64,000 bases of DNA from Candidatus Udaeobacter sp. (lineage in GTDB: Bacteria; Verrucomicrobiota; Verrucomicrobiia; Chthoniobacterales; UBA10450), in the NCBI GenBank assembly GCA_036499375.1, contig DASYDV010000023.1, positions 33,075-97,074 on the forward strand, in the 5' to 3' direction. Below are positions 55,420-64,000 of the stretch, one piece after another (positions within the stretch are counted from its first letter, which is position 1; the number at the start of each line of letters is the position of its first letter). A program made the translations under genes and the position numbers. Below the pieces are notes generated by a model that saw only the letters and a list, made by a program, of their open reading frames with translations, searched no databases and was not told the origin of the DNA.

Positions 55420-55642
55420 CCCGCCTTTGCCAGGCTTCGACGTGGCAGGCCGAAGTTCAGCCCGCGAATGACGCGAATGAACGCGAATAGGAAAAGCGCG
55501 AGGAACGGCGGTTTCACAACCGTCGAAATTCGAGGTTGGGGCAAATGGGTTTCGAAGTTCCGCCCCGCCTCAGAGGCGGGGCGGCCTTCCTTTGATTTGC
55601 GTCAATCCGCGCCTGCCACGCCGTAGCAGAGCGAAGGCGGGT
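55420..55642. repeat. REP cluster: inverted copies of the CCCGCCTT..GGCAGGC family flanking a GC hairpin and a CGCGAAT tandem motif
   Basis: cccgcctttgccaggcttcgacgtggcaggc (55420-55450) pairs with the reverse complement of gcctgccacgccgtagcagagcgaaggcggg (55612-55642). Also present: hairpin ccgccccgcc-tcaga-ggcggggcgg (55561-55585) and gcgaatgacgcgaatgaacgcgaat (about 55463-55490). Confidence 0.55.
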
Positions 55643-55722
55643 GATTCGCGGGCAGAAAAATTTTGGCCAGGTGCCTGGTAATGAGGACACCGAAACTAGG
55701 CGCGCGCGACGCGTGCAGTACC

Positions 55723-56775
55723 CTACGGCGAGGGCGAAGCGTCGTCGTCGAGCGACATGGGAATTACCCCTGGGATTATGCCCGGAGAGGCGAGCAACAT
55801 ACCGGTCTTGCTGTCTGGATGCATAGCCGCCCGCACATGGAAAGTCCGTCTCTCGTCACCACGCATTACCGTGACCGGCACGACGTCGCCGGCTGTGACG
55901 TAAAATGAAGCATCGAACACATCCTCGGGTTCGGTTATTTTTTTCTGCCCAAGTTGCAGGAGAATATCGCCCGGCTTGATCCCAGATTGAGCTGCCGGTG
56001 TATCCTTAACGACCTGGGTTATTTCCACTCGCGACCCTGCCGCAGGTTTAGGCGCCTCCGAAAACTGATTTACGCCGATCCAGCCGTGTCGCGCTTCTCC
56101 AAAGCGAACAAAGTCGCTGCGAATTTTCTCCGCAGCTTCGATCGGCACAGCGTAACAGGCGGAATTATTTTCCAGACCGCTAACGACAATTCCAACCACT
56201 TCCCCTTTCATGTTCAACAGCGGAGCGCCGGCCTCGCCGCGCTGAGTGGGAGCGTTTACACGCAAATGGACTGTAGAAAAATAGCGGCCGAGACATTTCC
56301 GATCGAAGCCCGCGATCATGCCGAAGGTCGGTGTTTTCGGTAAATCCAAAGGATAACCGATCGACACGACGGGAGTCGTCACTTCCAGTTCATCCGATTT
56401 ACCAACCGGGAGAGCGGGCGTGGTTTCGTCCACTTTCAGGATGGCCGTCCCGCTGCGGATGTCTGCCAAAAGCTGGCGCGCAGGATACTTTTTGCCATCG
56501 AACTCCACGGAAAAATTGCCCGCTTCGCCTCCGACGGTATATGCGGTGTAAAGTGTTCCCGTCGGATCGATGAAAAATCCGGTGCCGCAAATCTCGCTGT
56601 GTTCGTCGACGCCGTGAATCTTCACCACCGCCCTGGCGGCGCGCTCGAAAATATCTCTGACCTGATGACTAATCGCCGAGGCGGATTGATCCTGTGCGAA
56701 GAGCAAGCCTGCCCCTGAACAGAAAACCAGCGCGATCGTGATCGCGCTGCGCTTAGAACCTGAAAGAGGGCTCAT
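55723..56775 (-). CDS. HtrA/DegS-like trypsin-fold + PDZ protein with degenerate catalytic triad (pseudoprotease)
   Basis: Signal peptide, trypsin-fold region and a C-terminal PDZ (GIKPGDILLQLG). Aligned by eye to the HtrA at 49121: TNVHVI becomes TAYTVG, TDIAVVKI becomes SGTAILKV, and GNSGGPL becomes GEAGAPL. Confidence 0.7.
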   Translation of the reverse strand: MSPLSGSKRSAITIALVFCSGAGLLFAQDQSASAISHQVRDIFERAARAVVKIHGVDEHSEICGTGFFIDPTGTLYTAYTVGGEAGNFSVEFDGKKYPARQLLADIRSGTAILKVDETTPALPVGKSDELEVTTPVVSIGYPLDLPKTPTFGMIAGFDRKCLGRYFSTVHLRVNAPTQRGEAGAPLLNMKGEVVGIVVSGLENNSACYAVPIEAAEKIRSDFVRFGEARHGWIGVNQFSEAPKPAAGSRVEITQVVKDTPAAQSGIKPGDILLQLGQKKITEPEDVFDASFYVTAGDVVPVTVMRGDERRTFHVRAAMHPDSKTGMLLASPGIIPGVIPMSLDDDASPSP

Positions 56776-57241
56776 AACTCACTGGGACGCTATCGAGCAC
56801 ATAGCGTGGCGGGGCGGCTCGGTGAGTCTGAATGGTTTGATGAAAACTGCGAACCGGCTGCGTCCTGAAAATCTGGGGAGCGACCGGAGATGCGAGATTC
56901 CATTCTTCGTCGGCATTCACCGGCATTGATAAAGTCAGCGGACTCTGGCTGGCGACGCGAGCCGTCTCGGGTTGCTGATAAACTTTCAGTGAGAAGAAAG
57001 CGGCGCAGAGAAGCACTGCCGCGACAGCACTGGGATATGAGGCGAGCGATCGCATATCCAGCTGCGACATGAAACCTTGGGCGCGCTCGAGACAAATCCG
57101 CCAAAGCGGCTGGCGCAGCAATTCATCGCGCTGCCGGCGATGGAATTCGTGCAGGAAGTTTTCGAAGTAACCGGGAGGCGGTTGTTCGTAGCGCTTCAGC
57201 CGAAGCAGTCTCGCGATTTCGTTGTCGTTAAACTCGTCCAT
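56753..57241 (-). CDS. putative anti-sigma factor (single-pass membrane protein)
   Basis: Starts 12 nt downstream of the ECF sigma gene. Cytoplasmic N-terminus, one TM (YPSAVAAVLLCAAFFSL) and a periplasmic tail. No sequence family recognised. Confidence 0.45.
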   Translation of the reverse strand: MDEFNDNEIARLLRLKRYEQPPPGYFENFLHEFHRRQRDELLRQPLWRICLERAQGFMSQLDMRSLASYPSAVAAVLLCAAFFSLKVYQQPETARVASQSPLTLSMPVNADEEWNLASPVAPQIFRTQPVRSFHQTIQTHRAAPPRYVLDSVPVSYEPSFRF

Positions 57242-57252
57242 TTTTGCCCCCG

Positions 57253-57849
57253 TTACGACACAGGATTTTTCCGAAATTCCTCCAGGTAATTTTGCAATTG
57301 CCGATTCGCGTAAAAGAGCCTCGAACGTACTGTTCCTTCCGAAACGTGCAAGATTTTACTGATTTCTGCATGAGGCATGCCCTGGATATGGAACATGGTA
57401 ACAACTGCTCTGTGATCATCAGACAATTTCATCATAGCCTCGTTCAATCTTCGCTGGAGCTCTGAAAGGTCGGCTTCGCGCACCGGGCTGCTGGTCGCCG
57501 TCGCTTCCATGAATTCCTTATCGTTTTGGATGCTCGCGTCCACATCATCGAGGCTCAATTGAAATCGGCGCCCGCGTTTTTTGAGAAAATTCAAGGTCAT
57601 ATTGACCGAGATCGAATGAATCCAGGTGTAAAACGAGGATTTGCCGCGGAAGCCACGGATGGCCTTGTAAGCTTTGGCGAAAATATCCTGTAAAAGGTCG
57701 TTCGTGTCCTCGTGGTTGGAGGTCATGTTGTAGACCAGCCCGTAGAGACGTGGCGTATATTTGAGTACCAAATCGTCGAACGCGCTAGCGTCGCCGGCTT
57801 GCGTTCGCTTCACCAACTCCTGATCTGGGTCGCTTCTTGGCTGATCCAT
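57253..57849 (-). CDS. ECF-type RNA polymerase sigma-70 factor
   Basis: The ATG at 57849 gives MDQPRSDPDQELVKRTQAGDASAFDDLVLKYTPRLYGLVYNM (region 2) and a C-terminal HTH, GMPHAEISKILHVSEGTVRSRLFYA (region 4). Alternative ATG at 57939. Confidence 0.8.
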   Translation of the reverse strand: MDQPRSDPDQELVKRTQAGDASAFDDLVLKYTPRLYGLVYNMTSNHEDTNDLLQDIFAKAYKAIRGFRGKSSFYTWIHSISVNMTLNFLKKRGRRFQLSLDDVDASIQNDKEFMEATATSSPVREADLSELQRRLNEAMMKLSDDHRAVVTMFHIQGMPHAEISKILHVSEGTVRSRLFYANRQLQNYLEEFRKNPVS

Positions 57850-57956
57850 CGCCTGACGCTTAGAATTAGCACGCGCCTCCAGACCCGACGATAACAAATC
57901 GGTAATGCGACGAGCCGGTAAAACAAGTGCCTGATCCATTTTACGTCGTGCGCCGA

Positions 57957-58652
57957 TCACCGCCGGTCGCGGATCGACATCAACCAGAGCAAATTGCCCA
58001 GTGCCGCAATGAATGCCGCAATGTAAGTAAGTGCGGCGGCGTTCAGGACATTGTTTACGCCGGCGGTTTCCTGACCCGGCTGTATGATCCCCATTTCTCG
58101 CAAGATGATTTTTGCCCGGCGGGATGCATCGAACTCTACGGGTAAGGTGATCAATTGAAACCCCAGCAGAATCAAATAACACCAGATGCCGAGCGTAATC
58201 AGACCGGTGATCCTGAAGAACAAACCACCGATAATGATGAACGGCAGCATCTGCGACGCGATCATTGTGACCGGCACAATCGCCATTCGGGCCTTCAACG
58301 GGGCATAGGCTTTTGCGTGTTGAATCGCGTGCCCGGTCTCATGCGCAGCAATGCCCAGTGACGCCACCGAGGGCGTGTTATAAACGTTGCTCGACAGATG
58401 CAGTTGCTTCTTGGTCGGATCGTAATGATCGCCGAGAAAATCGTTCGTCTCCACGACGTCAACATCATGGATTTGTGCTGCCTGCAGAATTTCCCGCGCG
58501 CACTCTGCGCCGGTAATGTTTGCACTCGCGCGCACTTTGCTCCACCGGCTAAATGCGCTGGTCACCCGAATCTGTGCCCAAATGCCAATGATTAACGGGA
58601 CGCCGATGTAAAGCAGCCAGTGAGATCCCAAACCAAAACCGTATGAATACAT
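57957..58652 (-). CDS. putative neutral zinc metallopeptidase (Zn_peptidase_2, YugP-like)
   Basis: N-terminal TM, DHYDPTKKQLHLS, HExxH as AAHETGHAIQH, and C-terminal TM helices. Confidence 0.75.
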   Translation of the reverse strand: MYSYGFGLGSHWLLYIGVPLIIGIWAQIRVTSAFSRWSKVRASANITGAECAREILQAAQIHDVDVVETNDFLGDHYDPTKKQLHLSSNVYNTPSVASLGIAAHETGHAIQHAKAYAPLKARMAIVPVTMIASQMLPFIIIGGLFFRITGLITLGIWCYLILLGFQLITLPVEFDASRRAKIILREMGIIQPGQETAGVNNVLNAAALTYIAAFIAALGNLLWLMSIRDRR

Positions 58653-58799
58653 GTGCGAAACAAATTTAACCCGGAAATGCGACCTGTCACTTCGCCGGGT
58701 AGAAATTAGACGCTCGAATGCCTCAGGCGTTCATTTCCAAGGTAGCGACATCGCGCTGCGATGTCCGGTCCGCGCAGCGCACCGACCCTACCAAATCAC

Positions 58800-59933
58800 T
58801 CAAATCTCCAGTTGCTTTGGAAAACGCGAGAGAATTCTGCAACCTGTTTTCGTCACAACCACCACGTCTTCCTGACGCGCTCCGCCAATCCCGGGGTAAT
58901 ACAGGCCCGGCTCCACTGTGAGCACCTGGCGATCTTTCAGGAAAACCTTTTGCAAGCGCGGATGCTCGTGGATTTCCAGCCCGAGTCCGTGTCCAGTTCC
59001 GTGGAAAAATCCGACCCGGCGCCCTTTGCGCACCTCGGTTGGGAAACCACGACGAGCGAAGAATTCCTGGATGGCCTTGTGAATTGTCATGCCGTCAACG
59101 CCGGCTTTGATTCGATTGAGCGCCAGCGCTTGACCCGCTTTTACAGTCTCCCAAAGCTTGCGTTGCGCCTCGCTCGCCCGGCCGCGCAACACTGTGCGGG
59201 TCATATCGCCGAAGTATCCGGTCTTCGCGTCGCGTGGGAAAACGTCGAGGATGATCAGCGAATCCGCGTACAATGGACCGTGACCACGCTCGTGCGGGTC
59301 GCAGGCCTGATCGCCACCGGCGACAATCGTTCCATTTGGCACACCGCCTGCGCGCAAAACTGCGGAATCAATTTCAGCGCGCAATATCTCCGAGGTGAGC
59401 GTCTTTCCGTTCCACCGCAATCGTTTTCCCGAACCCGGTTTTGACGCTTTCAAAACTTCAATTCCACGCTTGAGTCCAGCTTCTGTGATCCTCAAGGCGC
59501 CTCCCATCATCTCGATTTCCTTGTCCGACTTGGCTTCACGTTGCGGCCAAAAAAGTCCGTCTGTCGCGCGAACACGGATTTTGTTTGCGACAAGTTCTTC
59601 AGCGTAACCGAGCGGAAAATTTGCCGGCACAACAGCTGATTTCACACCGCGCTTTTTCAGAAAGTGGGCCAGCACTTTCTCGTACGGAGGCGCTTTTTTT
59701 GATTTTCCCTGCGCCTCGCGTTCGAGCTCACTGAACATGACGAATTCCTGTGCGTCAGCTTGTTTGCGGCCGCGATCGATTTCCAAATCACTCAGGACCA
59801 GTGTGCGCCTGCCGTTACGCTGCAGAAAAATGAATGGGTCCGGGGCCCAAAACTTCGTCGCATACAGCATGTCTGGATCTTGCTCGCTCGCCGCGACCAT
59901 AAGCCGCGCGGGTTTGGTTTTTGTTTTGCTCAT
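58800..59933 (-). CDS. M24-family Xaa-Pro aminopeptidase
   Basis: The ATG at 59933 gives MSKTKTKPARLMVAAS. Pita-bread fold motifs: YFGDMTRT, HGTGHGLGLEIHE, VLTVEPGLY and ARQEDVVVV. Confidence 0.8.
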   Translation of the reverse strand: MSKTKTKPARLMVAASEQDPDMLYATKFWAPDPFIFLQRNGRRTLVLSDLEIDRGRKQADAQEFVMFSELEREAQGKSKKAPPYEKVLAHFLKKRGVKSAVVPANFPLGYAEELVANKIRVRATDGLFWPQREAKSDKEIEMMGGALRITEAGLKRGIEVLKASKPGSGKRLRWNGKTLTSEILRAEIDSAVLRAGGVPNGTIVAGGDQACDPHERGHGPLYADSLIILDVFPRDAKTGYFGDMTRTVLRGRASEAQRKLWETVKAGQALALNRIKAGVDGMTIHKAIQEFFARRGFPTEVRKGRRVGFFHGTGHGLGLEIHEHPRLQKVFLKDRQVLTVEPGLYYPGIGGARQEDVVVVTKTGCRILSRFPKQLEI

Positions 59934-60084
59934 TGTGGCAACTACTCTTTTCCGATGATGTCGGTGTATCAACTTCTCATTAACAGCCTGCTTTAGCTGG
60001 GTGCCTGCAAAAATCGCCGAGCGGTTTCCTGCGTCGCTGCGGCCGACGCGACCGCACTGGAGCGCGCTGTTGGTGAGAGCGCCG

Positions 60085-63000
60085 TCAGCTTCTGCGGACT
60101 TCCAGTTGTTTTCGCAAAATCCAATGGAGCATAACAAGCAAAACAAGACTGGAGACGACCAGAACAAAGGTGTCGAAAGTAAACACGCCAAATTTGATTC
60201 CGAAGTAACGCTTTTCCAGGCCGAAGAACACATTGGGCTTACTGCCCCGGCGATAATCGTTCTGTTCCATCTCAGCCCGCGAGATCAGGTCGGAGACTTT
60301 CTGGTTCACGTAGAGTTGGTCCGCTGTGACCGGCCCGTTCGCTTCCTTAAACAATGAGCGATCGAATCTCTGTTTTCCGGCAATCACCGGATCGACCAGC
60401 TTCAAGTATCGATCGATCTCTCGGGCAGAACGTCCTTCCAATCCCGAAAGCAACGCCAATATATCTTTTAGATCGTTGAGGTGCGCGCGTTGCGCAGGCG
60501 TGTCGGCTTTAGGCGCAAGCCTTTGAATTTCATCGTTCACATGATCCTGTCGCTTCGTCAGCGGGTTGAGCTTGGCCTGGGCGACGATCATTTCTTCGTA
60601 CGACCAGCGCATGGCGATGAACTGGCAGACCAGCGGGACCTGCAGCTTGCTCTCGGTCTTTTTCGTCTTTTCCGCGTTCGGATGTTCGGAAAACCAGTGC
60701 GAAAAGGAGTAAACCAGACCGAGGTTCCGGTTCATGTCCTCGTATTTGATGAGGGCGCCCCCCATTATGATCTGTGGAATTAAAACCAGCGGGACAATAT
60801 TGGCCGCCGTTTTCGGGTCTGCGACCAGCGACGAGATAACCAGTCCCAGTGCTATGCCACTCATGGCGGTGAGGAACATGATCGCCAGGTCGATCCAGAA
60901 CATGCCACGGATTTGGAGAACGAAATTCCCGATCAGCACGAAAAGGACGCATTGAACAAGCGCGAAGAAGCCGAGTGTGGTCGTCTTTGAGATGACGTAG
61001 TACGACAGTCGCACCTTAATGTTGCGTTCGCGTTGCAGCACTGGCCGATCCCGGATGATGTCATCAGCACTGTTGGTCAGGCCCAGAAACATCGCGACGA
61101 TCAGACCGAGAAATAAGAACGTCGGAATATGATAAGCCGAAGCGAAATCGTACGTCCCCGTTTCAGAGTATCGCAGGATTGTACCAATCAACAGCGCCAG
61201 CACAGGTGAAACGCCGATTGTGATCACCAGGTTTGCGCGGTTTCGCAATTTGCTAATGAAAGCACGCCGCAGCAGGGTCCGAAATTGCGTCCATTCGTCG
61301 TGCCACCGCAACGGAAGCCGCTTCTTTTGGACCGGTGCCACGGCCAGGGAATCCGCCTCTTCCTGGTGCAGGGCGACTTGCTTGACGTCCTGGATTAATC
61401 GAAACGCCTCATATTTATCGCGCCAAAAATCCGGCGCATAACGGCGCGCCGCCACGAGCTGGCCACGGCTGTTTTCCTCATAAATGACGTCGCCGCTCAA
61501 ATCGCGCAGCGGCGTCTCGAGGACATCGAAAATGAATTCCGGCCGGGTCGTTCCACACGAAGGACAGGCACCCAGTTCGGCGCCGAATTGGTGTTGATGT
61601 TCCGCTTCGGCGAAGTAGCGCAGCGCGTCCGAAGGCGTTCCGAAAAAGACGAGCCGCCCACCCTTGTCGAGCAAGATCACCTTGTTAAACATTTGGAAAA
61701 TTTTCGAGCTTGGCTGGTGAATCGTAACGATGACGATTTTGTTGTGCGACATGCTCCGAATGATCTCGATCACGTGCTCGGAGTCTTTCGACGAGAGACC
61801 GGAGGTTGGTTCGTCAAACAAATAGACGTCAGACATCCCGATCATATCCAGGCCAATGTTGAGCCGTTTCCGCTCGCCGCCGCTCAGTGTCTTTTTTTCG
61901 GGACTTCCGACGACTGCATCCCGGCGTTCGCTCAAACCCAGCTCAATAAGCTTTGCATCTAACCGCCTCACCCGATCGCGCCGCGAGAGGTGCGGTGCGC
62001 GGATCGCCGCCGCGAACTGCAAATTCTCGGCGATCGTGAGGTGCTCATCGAATGCGTCCTGTTGGGGCATATAACTGACGTACTGCTTCAGGACATCGAG
62101 GTTCCGATAAAGGGATTGTCCGTTGAGCAACACCTCGCCGCTGGTGGGCTGGAGCTGCCCGGCAAGCACTCGCATCAGCGTGCTTTTTCCCGCACCGCTT
62201 GCCCCCATCACGCAAACAAGCTCGCCGCGGGTAATGTTGAAGGAAATTCCATCGAGGCCAATCTGACCTTTACCAAAACGGTGGGTGATTTCGTTGAGTT
62301 CGAGGGTGCGAATGATGTTTCGCTCCTCCTCGATGATGCGCTCCAAAAAATTGCACCGCAGGACCTGTCCAACATCGATGCGAATGATGTCGCCATCTTT
62401 GAGCTTGGTCGTTGTGCGGACCGGATCGTCGCCTACCATGATCGGACGGTCCGCTTCGATGACTTCCAGGGTGCCAACTCGCTGATCGTAATCGCAAAAA
62501 ATCTTCAGCAGCATGTCCCCGGCCGTGCCGGGCGAAAGCAAAATGTCGTCCGCTTGCAGCCGGCTCGGATCATTCGAGACCAAATATTCCGATTTCGACG
62601 CCTTCAGTTGGAAACGTCCGCCCAACGCGCGCGCGCGACGACGCAGATCGTTCAAATCCAACTCGGTGTCGTTATGGAAAACGACCTTGTCTTCCAGTGT
62701 CGCATCGACGTGAGTGCCGGCCCTGAGTCGCACTCCCTTGAGCTCCGCATCGATATCGCGCAACGCCTTCACGCGCACGTTGAGTCCAAACGTGACTCGC
62801 AGTGCACTTTCCCGCGTTCGCGATCGCTCCAACTGCACCTGCTCTGCGTCCTTACTTACCCGGATAAAAATTTCCGGGAGCGAGACGTTCTTCTTCGCGT
62901 TGAAATATTGCGCCAGCTCCTGATAGCTGAGTACCTGGTCCCCGATCAAAATGCGCTGACCGGGATAAATTCGACAAAAGCCGCCGCGCGCCAAGGGCCT

Positions 63001-63693
63001 GCCGCGCACCGAGACGTTCTGGCTGCTGTAGTTTTTCAAAAGAATGAGATCGTGGTAACGAAAAGCCATCAACCGATCTGCTTCGGTCAGGCTCTTGAGA
63101 GTGATGTCGGACTTGCTGTTGACTCCGAACGAGAGCGACTCCAGCGGCGACGCGCCATGCTGATAGATTGATGGGTCGGATTCTTCTGACGCGTTAAGCT
63201 GGTAAACGATATCGATCGCTTGTGCCGCCATGCCCATTTGCGACATGAACGAATAGAATGCGACCACCTGTTCCTGCTTCAGGCCTGCCTGGGAGATCAG
63301 ATCGTACAGTTGGACTCCGAGCATGATCTTGCGCTCGGTGCTGAGCTGCAGGCCAAGTTTTTGCGCCATCGCAGCGAGGTCCTGCTGCTCGTAAAGCGCC
63401 TGCCGGAACAACTGTCGCAACTCGGAATAAACCGCCTCCGGATAGTCATAACGCAGGAAGCCGAGGCTCGAGTCGATCTCTTCCTCCATGATCACGCCGT
63501 CGGCCTTCGTGAAACTCGCCAGGACCTGAATCAACAACGGCAGCAGGTTCGGTCCTTCGGAAACGCTTCGCGGTTTGCGCAGAGCGCGACGCATCAGACG
63601 CCGGCCAGTTCGTCGTACGCGATATGCAAGCGGGATAACGCGTTGCATGGTGCGATCGATTTTATCGGCCACCGATGAAACCAGCTCTGTCAT
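60085..63693 (-). CDS. large ABCG-type (ABC-2) transporter with N-terminal TerB-like domain and FHA-like modules
   Basis: 1202 aa. N-terminus: LLIQVLASFTKADGVIMEEEID (TerB/DjlA-N-like). Two to three degenerate FHA-like stretches follow. Walker A GASGAGKST, signature LSGGERKRLNIG, Walker B VYLFDEPTSGLS, then a six-TM ABC-2 domain. Confidence 0.8.
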   Translation of the reverse strand: MTELVSSVADKIDRTMQRVIPLAYRVRRTGRRLMRRALRKPRSVSEGPNLLPLLIQVLASFTKADGVIMEEEIDSSLGFLRYDYPEAVYSELRQLFRQALYEQQDLAAMAQKLGLQLSTERKIMLGVQLYDLISQAGLKQEQVVAFYSFMSQMGMAAQAIDIVYQLNASEESDPSIYQHGASPLESLSFGVNSKSDITLKSLTEADRLMAFRYHDLILLKNYSSQNVSVRGRPLARGGFCRIYPGQRILIGDQVLSYQELAQYFNAKKNVSLPEIFIRVSKDAEQVQLERSRTRESALRVTFGLNVRVKALRDIDAELKGVRLRAGTHVDATLEDKVVFHNDTELDLNDLRRRARALGGRFQLKASKSEYLVSNDPSRLQADDILLSPGTAGDMLLKIFCDYDQRVGTLEVIEADRPIMVGDDPVRTTTKLKDGDIIRIDVGQVLRCNFLERIIEEERNIIRTLELNEITHRFGKGQIGLDGISFNITRGELVCVMGASGAGKSTLMRVLAGQLQPTSGEVLLNGQSLYRNLDVLKQYVSYMPQQDAFDEHLTIAENLQFAAAIRAPHLSRRDRVRRLDAKLIELGLSERRDAVVGSPEKKTLSGGERKRLNIGLDMIGMSDVYLFDEPTSGLSSKDSEHVIEIIRSMSHNKIVIVTIHQPSSKIFQMFNKVILLDKGGRLVFFGTPSDALRYFAEAEHQHQFGAELGACPSCGTTRPEFIFDVLETPLRDLSGDVIYEENSRGQLVAARRYAPDFWRDKYEAFRLIQDVKQVALHQEEADSLAVAPVQKKRLPLRWHDEWTQFRTLLRRAFISKLRNRANLVITIGVSPVLALLIGTILRYSETGTYDFASAYHIPTFLFLGLIVAMFLGLTNSADDIIRDRPVLQRERNIKVRLSYYVISKTTTLGFFALVQCVLFVLIGNFVLQIRGMFWIDLAIMFLTAMSGIALGLVISSLVADPKTAANIVPLVLIPQIIMGGALIKYEDMNRNLGLVYSFSHWFSEHPNAEKTKKTESKLQVPLVCQFIAMRWSYEEMIVAQAKLNPLTKRQDHVNDEIQRLAPKADTPAQRAHLNDLKDILALLSGLEGRSAREIDRYLKLVDPVIAGKQRFDRSLFKEANGPVTADQLYVNQKVSDLISRAEMEQNDYRRGSKPNVFFGLEKRYFGIKFGVFTFDTFVLVVSSLVLLVMLHWILRKQLEVRRS

Positions 63694-63826
63694 TTTGATT
63701 GTCGGAAGCGAATGTTAAGCGAAACCGCGAAGCGACGCAATGCAAGGTGGCACTGACTACTCGGCGCTAGACGTGCTGTCGGCAGACTGAAGGCCTGATC
63801 ACCGGGGACGCTAAGGACGCCTGTGC

Positions 63827-64000
63827 TACAGCACCTGGTCCCATTTGCTCTGATCTTTGAGCATGATCTCACGGAGGAGACGAATAGGCGGCATGCCGTG
63901 ACTGAGCAGCTCGTTATGGAATTTTTGCAATGTGAAATCGTCGCCTTGCTGCGCTTTGTAATCGTCGCGCAACTTCAGGATCTCCAATTTGCCCAGCGTG
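63827..64000 (-). CDS. DUF885-family protein, C-terminal fragment (5' end outside the window)
   Basis: The reverse translation ends TLGKLEILKLRDDYKAQQGDDFTLQKFHNELLSHGMPPIRLLREIMLKDQSKWDQVL*, which resembles the DUF885 C-terminus. Confidence 0.55.

Noticed and set aside
61990-63171. 393-aa plus-strand ORF, with a 152-aa ORF at 63220-63678.
   Set aside because: It is antisense to the large ABC transporter gene, whose minus-strand frame carries the Walker A and B motifs and the signature motif.
63690-63872. 60-aa minus-strand ORF upstream of the ABC transporter.
   Set aside because: It is short, has no motif, and overlaps both the transporter start and the DUF885 stop. It is probably non-coding.

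Overview
The window is a 64-kb chromosomal segment, about 55% GC by eye, and densely coding: about 60 supported genes and no rRNA, tRNA or CRISPR array that I could recognise. The gene content fits a diderm soil-type bacterium, most likely Verrucomicrobiota-like. That call is an inference from a UBact-type ubiquitin-like gene next to proteasome subunits, bamA-skp, a futalosine-type radical SAM gene, and very abundant REP/MITE-like palindromes.

Housekeeping and envelope genes:
- BamA, Skp, LigA, Fpg, HtrA, SodC, an AmiC-like amidase, an MsbA-like ABC exporter and an ECF sigma module.

Accessory-looking loci:
- A tandem pair of caspase-family (C14) genes at 37361-39993. The second is fused to an intact-looking alpha/beta-hydrolase domain. 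This is my top candidate for an undescribed system.
- Two about 123-bp attC-like sites bracketing a single-ORF cassette at 44639-45496. No integrase is present in the window.
- A minimal UBact-prcB-prcA locus that lacks the ligase, deamidase and ATPase genes.
- A DegS/HtrA-like protein with all three catalytic residues substituted, inside an ECF sigma/anti-sigma operon.
- A split IcmF-like acyl-CoA mutase whose two halves are separated by a MITE-like element.
- An HTTM-domain gene pair next to a Ser/Thr kinase.
- A RAYT transposase flanked by inverted repeats.

Several REP families recur. Two of them also occur in frame inside coding sequences.

Three genes carry single-base frameshifts (DUF72, RAYT and a membrane-protein paralog), and one gene (NfeD) lacks a canonical start codon. 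These could be real decay or assembly errors.

All calls come from reading the translations and motifs by eye. No database search was run.
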